Source: Fonticula alba ATCC 38817
Lineage: Eukaryota > Protista > Nucleariida
Strand: one strand, 5' to 3'
Length of the DNA: 34,861 nt
Assembly (NCBI GenBank): GCA_000388065.2
Contig: KB932201.1
The first letter of the stretch is position 1, and each line of letters begins with the position of its first letter. The position numbers and the translations under genes are program-made. The notes under the pieces were generated by a model that had not been told where the DNA came from, did no database searches, and worked only from the letters and a program-made list of their open reading frames with translations. Below are positions 11,971-23,178 of this stretch, piece by piece.

Positions 11971-12003
<33 letters not shown>
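11971..12003. repeat. (CT)n microsatellite
   Basis: Seen directly, within a pyrimidine-rich tract at about 11890-12118. Confidence 0.85.
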
Positions 12004-12006
<3 letters not shown>

Positions 12007-12248
12007 TTCCCAGCTTCTCAGCTTCTCTCCCTCCCCCTCTCTCTCTGTCTATCGCATTGTCTATCCTAGCTCCTGTCTTTGCCTCGCGCTACCTCGCCCT
12101 GTGTCCCATGCCCTTCCAGAGAAAGAGAGCAGGATAAGACAAGACCCACATGGTCGAATATGCATGAACCCTGATGTTGCCATTGCTCGGTAGGGTGCCC
12201 CACCGGAGTGTATTCCTTGAATGTGTGTGCCGACAAAGGCCAGGACAG

Positions 12249-13911
12249 CTACCGACAAGCGTCAGACGACGCGGGCACTGTTTGAACAAGACGCCGGCGC
12301 AAGGCAGCAATGGCCTCGGCTGGCAGGCCGCAGTGCTCTCGAAGGTAGACCTCGGCTCCGCCGAGCTCAGCCAGCGGACCCGACACGAACATGGCCATGG
12401 CCTCCCAGCGGCTGCTACTGAGGGTGAACGCCTCGTGTGGCGAGAGCCCCGAAGACTCCAGCCCGCCATCGGGATTCGGGAGCAGGCGCTCAATGAACGG
12501 CCGACGATCTGACCAGGCGAGGGGCGATGTAGGACAGCCAAAGAGGCCGCCGCCGCGGCCACAGCAGGGCGTCGAGTGAGTGACATATTCCCGGCAGCAT
12601 GCCTGCTGGCATCGGTGTAAAGAGGTATGTGCACATATATATATATATGTATATGTGGTGGGCATGTGCTGCAGGAGCAAGGCGCCAAAGAGGATGATCA
12701 TGCACGCACCCAGGCACACCTCCGTGCGCTGATAGTCACGGCAAATGGCTGCCGGGGAGGCGCCAAGCAGATCCAGCAACAGAGCCGAGGCAACGCCCGT
12801 GCGATCCTTGCCCGCCGTGCAGTGGAAGACCACGGCATAGTGATCGGCCTCCTCCACTGGGAGACCCGCCCGGAGGAGGCCCTGGTCGATGTAGGCATCG
12901 GAGAAGGGTGGCCCAGCGAGGAGGGAGAACAACGCCCGAAAGGCAGCCACGCCATGGCTGAGAATGTCCATATAGCCTGAGGCCACAAAAGAGGCAGCGG
13001 CGGGGAGGGGGGGGGAACATTAGAAGGAAGGGGGAGGGTAAAAGAGGGGAAGGGGAGGGGGGGGGGCCAGTGCGGATGCATGGGTATGTGTGTCCCAGCA
13101 TGGGGGCGCACCGGAAACCATGGAGTTCGTGCACTTGGAATGGGACGCCCAGCGCCGGGAGAAAGATTCAGTAGGATTGCGATCGATGCTCGGATCGGCG
13201 AAGACCGGCGCGTGGAAGTGCACAATGCCCCTGAGGAGACCGTGGCCACACCGTGTGTCGCATGTACCAAGGACAAAAGCAAGAGAGAGAGAGAGAGAGA
13301 CAGGGCCGAACATGAGCAAAGACCCGGGGAACCAAGGACGCAGGGGGAGACAAAGACACGCACGTCCTGGCGAACAGAGGCCCGAGATGGGCATGGTCGC
13401 GATCGAATTCGTACTGACTACGGAGGTCCACAACAGCCCGGACGCGTAGAGCATCATGCAAGTGCTGCAGGGCCTCGGGGCGGACGTCCGAAAAGCCGGC
13501 CGCCCGGAAGACGCGGCCAAATGCAGACACCGTGGCCCGGCGGATGGGCGAGCAATGGATGGTGGGCTGCCGGGCAGACGGGTCGGCACCCGCCAGGGGG
13601 TACCCCCCGAGGTCGCGGAAGTTGTCGACCCCCGACCAGTGGACATGGAACTGGGCCTCATGCCGACTGAGTCCCGGCGGGGGTTCCGGCGTGTTGGACG
13701 CCAGCGTCACCGACAGGGTCGGCACTGGCGACCGGGAAGAGCGGCAGCTGTCCAGCGGGTGAGCGATGCTGGCACGCGCGGCACGCAAAGCCGGCGAAAG
13801 CCAGCCCAGGATCGTGCTGACAACCAGGGGATCTAAGGTGGCCGAGGGGGCAAGGCACAGGAAGGGAGTCAGTGCTGGAGCCGAGGCCGGGAGAATGGGC
13901 CAAACCAAGGG

Positions 13912-14002
<91 letters not shown>

Positions 14003-15904
14003 GCAGCACAGGAGGGACGCCCCGGGCCTCGGTGCGTACCAAAGCCCCGGAAGAGGTGGTCCGCATCGGGGATCAGCCGGAGCGTGTGGACGCCCATCTT
14101 GGCCGGGTGGCCCCGAGCCAGCAGGGCATTGGTGTAGTGCATGGCCTCGGTGGGCAAGACCACCGTGTCTCCAAGCCCGTGCATGGTCAGCGTGTCGACC
14201 CCCGAGGGGATGGCCGAGACTGGGGAACAGACGCCCCGGCGGCGGCGGCGGCGGCGGCGGCGAGGGGGAGGCATGCGCCAGAGGGACCCCGGCGATGGGT
14301 GGTGAGGAGCGAGCAAGCGTATGGCGAGCGAGGGGGAAGCATCCAAAGGGGGCCCGACAAAGCCGGGAAAGCGCACCAGCACGCAAGTTGACATCGGTGG
14401 CGATCAAATCAATTTGGGAGGGGGAGACGATGACAGCCCCCTCGCCACGGATGCGTGAGCGATAGCGCCAGCCGAACCAGCCGCGCCCTTCGGGAGCCGG
14501 GCGCATCCGCGCAACCTCGGCTGCCGTGTGCTTGATGGTGATGTCCCGGTGGTTGAAGCGGCTCCCGAGTGACGCGACAAAGCGCAGCGAGTGCGGTGGC
14601 TTGCGTGCTGCCTGGCGCATGACACACACCCCGCCTGTCGGGTGGCGTCGAGGGATCGAGGGTTGCAACATGGCCGAGGCCAGGCAGGGTCAGAGAGGGA
14701 GAGGCGATGCATGGGAAAGGACAAGGGGTGTCCACAAACACACCTCGAGAGTGGCCAATCAAGCCGACAACGCGCCAGCCATGCCGCTCGGCCGCAGCGA
14801 TCGCGGCCGAGATGTCAATAAAGTCGCCCTAAGAGAGTGGCAGAGGGGCATCGGAGAGGGGGCGAGGCCCGAATGGTGTCAGTTCCCGAAGGTGATCACT
14901 CTTCCCGGCGCAAAGGAGGGAGGCAGGGGATGAAGGCCGACCTCATAGTCTGAGTAGGATGGCAGGCCCGGACTGCGACCGTGTCCGCGAAGGTCGACGC
15001 GCAGGCTGGCCGTCGGGGCGGGCAGCAGACCTGTGAGCAGGTTTCCTGCACCCGCGCACAGCTGCTCGCGCAGCTCGTCCAGTTCCCTGTGAGGAGCGGT
15101 CAAAGCCTCGACCGAGGCGGACACCACCGCCTCGGCCAGGGGCCCGGAGTGGGTGCGGCCAAAGCCGGCCGGGTCGGCCAGGGCCTGCGACAGGAGGGGG
15201 AAAAACAAGTTGTCCCGGTGGCCTGGATGGCGTTTGGGCGGTCAGACAGGAGGGTGGCAGGCGCTCGGAAGGAGAAGGGTCTTGGGCTGCTCCTCCAGGG
15301 GGGGGGGGGGGGAGCAAGCACCCAACATACCGAGCACCCCGTGAACGATGACCACAAGGTCGCGCCCGTGGCCAGCCGGCCAGACATTTGGACTCTGGCC
15401 GATGGAGGCCACGATGTCCGTCAGGTAGGAGGAGGAGGAGGAGGATGAGGAGGGCGAAGCGGAGGGAGAAGGGTCACCGGTGCTCGGGATGCAGAGGGTG
15501 CACGCGAGCTCGTGTGTGGGGACCATGTTGTCGGAGGCGGTCCGCAAATGGTCCGGAATGGCAGTCAAGAGCGAGGCTCGACGAATGGCGGCCCGAACGA
15601 GCGTCGCATCCTCCGAGCTGTCGCCAGATTCAATGTCATCCAGCAGGGCCGCTTCCCCCTGGGGGAGCGACAGAAAGGACACCTCCCGAAGGGAGAGCAC
15701 CGGCCGGTCGGTGGGAGTCCCACCCTCGCCGGCAGCAGCAGAGGGAGTGGCTTCATTCGAGGTAGCGAAGGCGTCGCGTTCAAATTGATCCAGTTCTTCG
15801 GCCGAGGCTCCCGGATACCGAGCAAAGAGAGGTCGCCGGCCCAGGAAGCGCGGGTCGCGCACTGGCACCGTGAGAACCACCTCGGAGCAGCTCGAGACCA
15901 CCAT
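12249..15904 (-). CDS. Fusion protein: N-terminal alpha/beta-fold serine hydrolase + C-terminal PtpB/LipA-type (Y_phosphatase3) cysteine phosphatase
   Basis: Hydrolase motifs in order: LVVIVHG, RVDLRGHGRSPG, nucleophile elbow GHSR|GG (14756-14744, intron after the first base of Gly), MHGLGDTVV (acid) and DADHLF (His). Phosphatase motifs: VDNFRDLGGY, GRVFRAA, VVDLRS, HAPVF, P-loop HCTAGKDRTG (12824-12795) and DYQRT. Stop at 12249-12251. Start codon and some internal boundaries are less certain. Confidence 0.8.
13916..14001. repeat. 86-nt G homopolymer (poly-C on the sense strand) in an intron of the hydrolase-phosphatase gene
   Basis: Counted directly. It lies inside intron 14039-13833. Confidence 0.85.
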
Positions 15905-16573
15905 GATTCAACAGGAGGAGAGAGAGAGAGAGAGAGAGAAGGAGAGGGCGGAGTAGAAGTAGATGGGAGGGGGGAAAGAGGGAGAGACAGAATATATGTG
16001 TGTGGGCGGAGGAGAGAGAGGGGGGGCGGGGGGGGGGGGGGGGGGGGGGAGCGAAGAACGGCCGTACACGTGTGAGGGGTCGGGCGTTTTGGGTGCAATC
16101 TGATGAGCCGGCTCGGTGCATGTGTGTGTGCCACCTCGGCCGAAGGCGTCGACTGCCCGAGGCTCTTCCTCCGGCCAGCCAGTTGTGACACAGGGGGCAG
16201 GGGGGGGGGGGGGGGCGACCGGAGAACGGGGACAAACACGCTCTCGCGTAAGCCCGCTCGGCCCCCGTCCCGCGCCCCCCGCCATCCATTTGGCCAACGA
16301 TCGGGCCGATCACAACGATCCCGTGCCTGTGTGGTAAGTTTTTGTCAGATGACGCGCCCGGCGCTCCGCATCCGCCCGAGAATCCCCCGGTCGCCGGGCG
16401 ACTTCCATTTGTGTGTGTGTGTGTGTGTCCCTGCCCTGGCCCCCCGCCCCCGTTCCCCCGTCCCCCCCCCCCTCCCCATTGGACTTTGCCCGGGCTTCCT
16501 GCTGGGTCCGTTCAAGCACCTTCCGGTGCGCATCCACACTTTCCGAGTATCCCTGCACACATCCACCCAGGAC

Positions 16574-17656
16574 ATGGAGGAGGAGCGAGCGGCTGGTTGT
16601 TTGCTTTCCCGCGAGGCTGACGTCGCCCCTCCGGGGCAGAGTGCCTCGGCCGGCCCGGGAGCGCGAAGAAAACACCCGCCGCTGTCCGGTACTAGTTGCC
16701 GGCAACACCTCCACCCATAGATCCCTTGCCTCCTCGTCACGCGCCGCCCCTCCCCCCCCTTCCCCCCTCCCTTCGAAAGTCNNNNNNNNNNNNNNNNNNN
16801 NNNNNNNNNNNNNNNNNNNNNNNNNNNNNNNNNNNNNNNNNNNNNNNCCCCCCCGGCCTCTTTTGCTGACCTCGCTTCGCAGCCCCTCGTCGTTTCCGCC
16901 TGATGGATGAGCTTGAGCGCGGCGAGAAGGCCGCCTCTTTCCAGTCCTATAGCTATGGCCTCAGTGACGCTGAGGACATCACCCTGACCAACTGGCACGC
17001 CACCATCATCGGCCCGAACGGCGTACGTCGTATCGTGCCTTCCCTGCCTCCCTGTGCCGGGTCCCCGGCTGACTGATCTCCGCCCCTCTGCCTCTGCCTC
17101 CCCCTCCGCCGCACCCAGACCACCTTCGACAACCGCATCTACTCGCTGTCGATTGTCTGCGGCCCGGAGTATCCGAACAGCGCCCCGGTGGTTTCCTTCT
17201 CCACCATGATCAATGCTTCCTTCGTTGGGCCTCGCGGCGAGGTGCGACCTTTTTCCCGCCTGGTTGGCCGGGACCGTCTTTTTTTTTTTTGCCCCCCTTG
17301 AAACCCCGCCTCTCCCTCCCCCTTCTAACACTCCTCTCCTTCTTGTTCTGGCGAGCCAGGTTGATCTGTCCAAGCTGCCTGCCCTGGGCAAGTGGGCCCC
17401 CGAGCACACCATCGAGTCTGTGCTGAAGGCCATCATCGAGTGCGTCTTCTTGCCTCTGCCCCTGGCGCGAGTGTCCCCTCCTCCTTGCCTTCCCCCTCGC
17501 TCATTTGCCCCTCCTCCCCCCCCCCCCCTGCAGTGCCCCTTTTCACCACTCACCTCTGATATCTCGCTTTTTCCCCCCACTTCCACCTTCGGCAGGGAGA
17601 TGAAGAGCCGCAGCAACCGCTCGAACAAGCAGCCCGCCGAGTCGGCCGTCTATTAG
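16574..17656 (+). CDS. MMS2: Ubiquitin-conjugating enzyme variant Mms2/Uev1 (UBE2V)
   Basis: Firm exons: 16883-17022 (PRRFRLMDELERGEK...SYGLSDAEDITLTNWHATIIGP), 17119-17241 (FDNRIYSLSIVCGPEYPNSAP), 17360 to about 17439, and about 17596-17656. No catalytic Cys, as expected for a UEV. First exon 16574-16688 is tentative: phase-compatible, but its intron contains an N-gap. Confidence 0.9.
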
Positions 17657-18092
17657 AGGGCTCATCCTTTTGGCCTGCCCGCTGCGCCCCCCGTTTCCCG
17701 ATTTCCGACTCCGTGGCTGGCTCCGCTCTCTCGCCCTCTCCCCGGGTCGGATCAGTCGGGGAGCATATCAATATACATCAGATCCTTTGTCAATGGGAAA
17801 TGTCGCACGACACCTTAAGTCCCTCGCCAACGTCCACACCCCCTTCCAGCCATTTACCCCGCCCTATATACATGGGGAGCCCCCCCCCCCCCCCCCCGGG
17901 AGAGTGGCGGGGGAAGCAAGCGAAGAAAAAAAAAGAGAAACAAACACGCAGACAAGCCAACACCAAGGGGAATGCAAAGGCCCCACCCCCAGGCAGGGAG
18001 ACTACATTGGGCACGAGGCCATCTAAGGTGACGGGAAAAGGGCAGGAGAGTGGCGCCGTGCATGGCAGCAGACGCTGGCCGGTTTCCGGGGT

Positions 18093-21000
18093 TTACTTCT
18101 GGCGGTTGGTGCGCTGCTTTTCGCCGCTCTCAACCACGCGAATGTCGGTCAGCAGACCCTGGAGGGGAGTGGATCGCCAAGGAAGTCAGCTATAGTGCAC
18201 CAGGAAAGGAGCTGGCACTGGGGCGGAAAAAAAGAAAAAGAAAAAAGAAGAAGGCCGGGCGGCAGGGGGATGGAGATAAAGAGAGAGAGAGAGAGAGAGA
18301 GAGAGACATGATGGGGTACCTTGCGCCGGCGCACGCGCTGCATGTGAACCAGGGCCTGGTTCTCGGTGTCGGCCTTCTCGCCAAAGTGCTCGTATTCTTC
18401 CTGGGTGGTGGGCTTCCAGAAGGGGTCCGTGTCGAGCAGCTCGAAGCCACTGAACACCAACATCGGGTTGGCCACGCCACTGGTACGCGACCGGATCTCC
18501 GAGGCGAAGCCGAAACTCTCGGCCACCGGCAGGATGGCCCGGATGATGAAGGAGTCGGTGCCAGGGCGCATCTGCTCGGAGAGAATACGCCCGTGGCAGC
18601 GGCCGATGACACTGTAAACACGGCCGAGGACCTCAGCTGGGCACGGGCAAAAGGACCCGACACAATCGGGGGGGGGGGGGGGGGGAATTGTCCGAGCCAA
18701 AACGCACAGGTGGCCTGAATGACGCAAGAGTAAATGGCCAACATCAGGCGCGGCCCGCAGGAGAGGAAGGCCTCACGACAGGCCTCCCGGACGGTGGAGA
18801 TCAACTGGCCACTGGTGAAGTTCGACGCCCGGACAGCCGGCGCGTCACTTCCACCGACGGCCGAGATGCCGTTGGCATCCTCTTCACCACCGGCGGCATC
18901 CGTGTTCATGATGACCTCATCCAGGATGAAGGCCACGCCATAGAGCGGTTCCTCGCAGAGGGGCCCACTGGCGCAGGTCATCTGGAAGCCGCTGATGATC
19001 GAGGGATCAAACTGGCCGTGGTAGGCCCCGGAGGGGGTGGCAGCAGCCGAGGGCGCCGGGGCGGCATTGGCGCCGGCCCAAGCACAGGTCACCTTGTGAC
19101 CGGGGACCGTGGAAATCAGCAAGTTGGTTCCAGTCCGCGAGGGGCCGATGCACATGACACTGCAGAGGGGGGTCAGAGCGAGCGAGGCACCGAAGGGGAA
19201 AAGGAGGACGAGCGGACCGAGAGCAGGCCACGCCGGCCGTCGAGCCCCAAGTCAAGGTAAGAGCACGCACCGGTCGAAGTAGTCCGCCCACGGACCACCG
19301 GCAGCCTTGAAGGCACCGCGGATCTTCTCCTCAATCGGCGTGCTGAGGTCCTCGCCGTCTGTTGGTTCGGTGCCAGGGGGGCGGGGAAGAAAAAAAAAAG
19401 TTGTCAGAAGGGCAAGGGACAAATGGATGGGCGGGGATCCGCCAACAGGCAGGGGGGCAGACCAGCGACGCACCCGCCGCCCCGTCCAGGCCTTCGGCAT
19501 GGCGACTGCGTGCATTCAGGGCCCGGGTAATGTCCTCCGGCAGCGGGACCGCCCGCAGGACGACGGTTACCTGGCCGTCGTTGGTGCTGTACCGGACGAC
19601 ATTCGACCGCCGGACCATGACCGAGCAGGTGTGGATCCGGCTGGCAGCCGGCTCATGCTCCGGGTCATCCATGTCCGTAATGTGCGCGGCCGCCTCGCCG
19701 GCAGGGTAGAAGTCATTCGGCGCCTGACGGCCGATGACCGTCTCACGGTATGGCACCAGCGGCGGGGACTGGTCGATGTTGATGCCGCGAGCAAACTGCT
19801 CGCGCAGGTCCACCATGCACCGCTCCAGATGCAATTCGCCGGTCGTGGCAAGCACATGCTCGCCGGTGTCCTGGACATACACCTCGATGGCAGGATCCGC
19901 ACGGGCCAACATCCGCAGGCCCTCAATGAGCTTGGGCATGTCGGCTGCAGGGCCGACAGCGGGGACCATGTGAAACCGGCAGGTCACCACACCGGCAGTC
20001 GGAAGGAGGGGCGCGTGGGGATACAAAGAGAGGGGGGCCAGGAGAGAGAGGGAGAGAGTCAGAAAAGGCGGGGAAAGCGCGTGGGGGTACAAAGAGAGGG
20101 GGACCAGGAGAGAGAGAGAGAGAGAGTCAGAAAAGACGGGGAAAGGGGGCGCCCGGTGTCCGGCGGGACGCACGCAGGTAGGATGGCTCCAGGGCCACGC
20201 GAACAATCGGGCTCACTTGCATATGCAGGGCCGCCAGCGAGGGACAGGCACGGGAGGAACTCAAGGTAGCCGACTTGAGCACTTGCCCGGCGATGCCGAT
20301 GATGCCCACCAAGTTGCCGGCCGGGGCCTCGTCCAGCTCCTCCAATTCCCGGCCCATGACCAGGAAGAGTCGGGAGATGACTACCCGCTCGGCCTGGTGG
20401 TGGCCATCAGGCGAGCTGTCGGCGGCATTGTCACCATCCGCCGCCAGGGCCACGCGCGGGTCGTACTTCGGGCCGAGGACATAAATCTCCTGCCCAGCAC
20501 GAAGAGTCCCGCTGAATACGCGGCCAAAGCCCACGAGGACGTCGCCATTCGGGCCACACTGGCCGACAAGCTTCTCCTCGGCTTCTTGCAAGCGTCGAGC
20601 CTCGGCCTCCTGCTGCTGGGCCTTGATGTCATCCAGGCTGACGGTCTGCTCGTTCTCGGCCTGCGGCAGTATCGGGACGGCAGGGGGTCAGTGGTGAGCA
20701 CAGCACGCGGTGGCAAAGTACAGGGAGCAGGACCGGCAGGGAGGAGGAGGAGGAGGGGGAGGGGGGGGGGGACAGAGAGCCCGCATGAATGTCACGCACC
20801 CCGGGGTTATCGGCAGCGGCAGCGGCCAGGAGCGCCGCGCGCTGGCGATTGCGCTCACGCAACTGAGCCGCCGTGAGGATGACCCGCCGGCGATCTGGCA
20901 GTGACGACCGCGGCAGCGACAGGACCTTGGCAATGTACACAACGCAAGGGGCATCGGGCGATTGGGTGCATGCCTCGATCGAGGAAATGACCTCGAGCGA

Positions 21001-23178
21001 CTCGGCGGGCAGCTGCATGGCCACCATGTGAGTGAGCGTGTCTCGGTGGCCCAAAGGAAGCCGGAGGAGGGAGGGGGAAAGTGGATGGAAAAAAGGGGAA
21101 GAAGGAGACACGACTGCCCCGGCCAGATGACGTACGGTCTTCTTCATGCGGTTGAAGGCACTCTGCGAGCCGGAGACAATGACCGGGGTCCGGTCATTCT
21201 GCGAACTGGCCGGAGAGGGGAGGCTCTGCACGACCATGCCTGCGTGGGATCCGATGCCCAAACGACATCCAGGAGGGCATTCGTGTCAGTACTTGAAGGC
21301 GTGCCCTCTCTCTCTCTCTCTCTCTCTCAAGATCAGGAGACCGTGGGGGGGGGGGGGGAGGGGAGAAAAGCAACGCGCAAATGCGGCAGTCGGGGGAGAC
21401 ACCACGGACCAAGCACAGCACGCGACAGGGGCAGCCACTGGCCCATGATGCTCTGCAGCACAAAGCGCGTGTCCTTGGAGGCCAAGTCCGCCGGGTTCAC
21501 TCGCAGCGAGAGGGCCTTGACGATCTTCTCCAGCTTCGGCTGATCATAGGACACGATGGAGGCATTGTACACGGCCCAAAGGTTCTCCAGGACAAAGTTG
21601 ACGAACATGGGCTTCAGGCGGTTGCCGGCCTGGCTGCGACCCACCACGCGCTTCTTCTTCGAGTCGAGGTACCAGTCGCCCCAGAGGGTGCGTCGCAGGA
21701 GGTCCACATTGATACCAAGCATGCCGGAATAGATCCGTGCAAAGTCATCAATGCTACAAGGGGGAAGGGGGAGGCGCGAGTCGGCGGCGGGGGNNNNNNN
21801 NNNNNNNNNNNNNNNNNNNNNNNNNNNNNNNNNNNNNNNNNNNNNNNNNNNNNNNNNNNNNNNNNNNNNNNNNNNNNNNNNNNNNNNNNNNNNNNNNNNN
21901 NNNNNNNNNNNNNNNNNNNNNNNNNNNNNNNNNNNNNNNNNNNNNNNNNNNNNNNNNNNNNNNNNNNNNNNNNNNNNNNNNNNNNNNNNNNNNNNNNNNN
22001 NNNNNNNNNNNNNNNNNNNNNNNNNNNNNNNNNNNNNNNNNNNNNNNNNNNNNNNNNNNNNNNNNNNNNNNNNNNNNNNNNNNNNNNNNNNNNNNNNNNN
22101 NNNNNNNNNNNNNNNNNNNNNNNNNNNNNNNNNNNNNNNNNNNNNNNNNNNNNNNNNNNNNNNNNNNNNNNNNNNNNNNNNNNNNNNNNNNNNNNNNNNN
22201 NNNNNNNNNNNNNNNNNNNNNNNNNNNNNNNNNNNNNNNNNNNTGTATGTATGTATGTGTGTGTGCGTGTGCGTGTGCGTGTGCGTGTGCGTGTGAGAAA
22301 GAGAGCAGGGAGCAAAAAGTGCGCGCCAGGGCTCGGCGAGGTCGCGAGTGGGGCCCCCGGCTAGAGAGGGAGCGCACCTCCACATCGGCCATGCTCTCCT
22401 CGTCGGACGCGGCGAGATCGCCACGGAAAAGCATGCCCATCACGGCATTAGCCTGCTCGACGAGGCGCTGGAGGTGGTAGTGCGCCTCATCGGGGGTCAT
22501 CTGGAGCTCGAGGATCAGCCGATCGATCTTGTTGAGAACCAAGATCGGCTTGACCTGCTCGACCCAAGCCTGTCGGAGGACGGTGAAAGTCTGTCCAAAG
22601 AAGAAGGGGGCGAGAGGGGGGCGGGGGGGGGGGGAAGCAGAGCCGAAGGGCGTAAGCCACACTGAGAGAGAGAAAGAGAGGGGGCCTGCCGCGCGAGATT
22701 GCGACGGGGAGGGGCGGACAAAAGCAAGGAAGGGCGGAGCGAGGGGAGGCGAGGCGAGGCGACTGAGGGGAAGACGGATGTGCGTGCAAGGGCGCACCTG
22801 CGTGGAGACCCCCTCCACGGCGTCGATCAGCACCAGACCGCCGTCGCACAGGCGCACGGCGGTCGACACCTCGCTGTTGAAGTCCACGTGCCCCGGCGAA
22901 TCGACCAGATTGATCAGGTACTCGTCCTCCGGAGCCCGGCGGAAGAGCAGCGAAATGGCCGACGACATCATGGTAATGCCGCGCTGCTGTTCGTCCGGGC
23001 GGTCGTCCAGGAAGCGCAGCTTGCCGGCCATGCGGGCCGAGATGATGCCATTCGAGGCCAGCAGGGAGTCTGAGAGGGTGGTCTTGCCGTGATCGATGTG
23101 GGCCAGGATGCAGATGTTTCGGATGCGGTCCGGCTGCGCCTGCAGGCCGGCCAGCTGATCCTTGGTAACCATGGACAT
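18093..23178 (-). CDS. EFL1: Elongation factor-like GTPase 1 (Efl1/Ria1), multi-exon
   Basis: MSMVTKDQL...[129 protein letters not shown] and [25 protein letters not shown]. Last exon 18158-18093 is [21 protein letters not shown]. These motifs fit EFL1 better than eEF2. Confidence 0.95.
20011..20145. repeat. Imperfect tandem duplication (2 copies of about 67 nt) in an EFL1 intron
   Basis: gcgcgtgggg(a/g)tacaaagagaggggg...ccaggagagagag...agagtcagaaaag(g/a)cggggaaa starts at 20011 and again at 20077. Confidence 0.85.
21794..22243. other. Assembly gap (N-run) inside EFL1
   Basis: N characters. The other gaps are 4942-4951, 16782-16847, 25011-25080, 32062-32761 and 33805-34259. Most abut poly-G/C or microsatellite runs. 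Confidence 0.99.

Noticed and set aside
13168-14394. Poly-Pro or poly-Gly stretches in ORF translations (also about 7320, 11130 and 31350)
   Set aside because: They are translations of intronic or intergenic C/G homopolymers; where intronic, the runs lie between clear GT-AG sites.
16883-17656. E2-fold gene lacking the catalytic cysteine (pseudogene?)
   Set aside because: Absence of the Cys is the defining normal feature of Mms2/Uev1.
167-23178. RLP24 and EFL1, both pre-60S maturation factors, in one window as a functional cluster
   Set aside because: Five unrelated genes lie between them and housekeeping genes are common. No shared element was seen.
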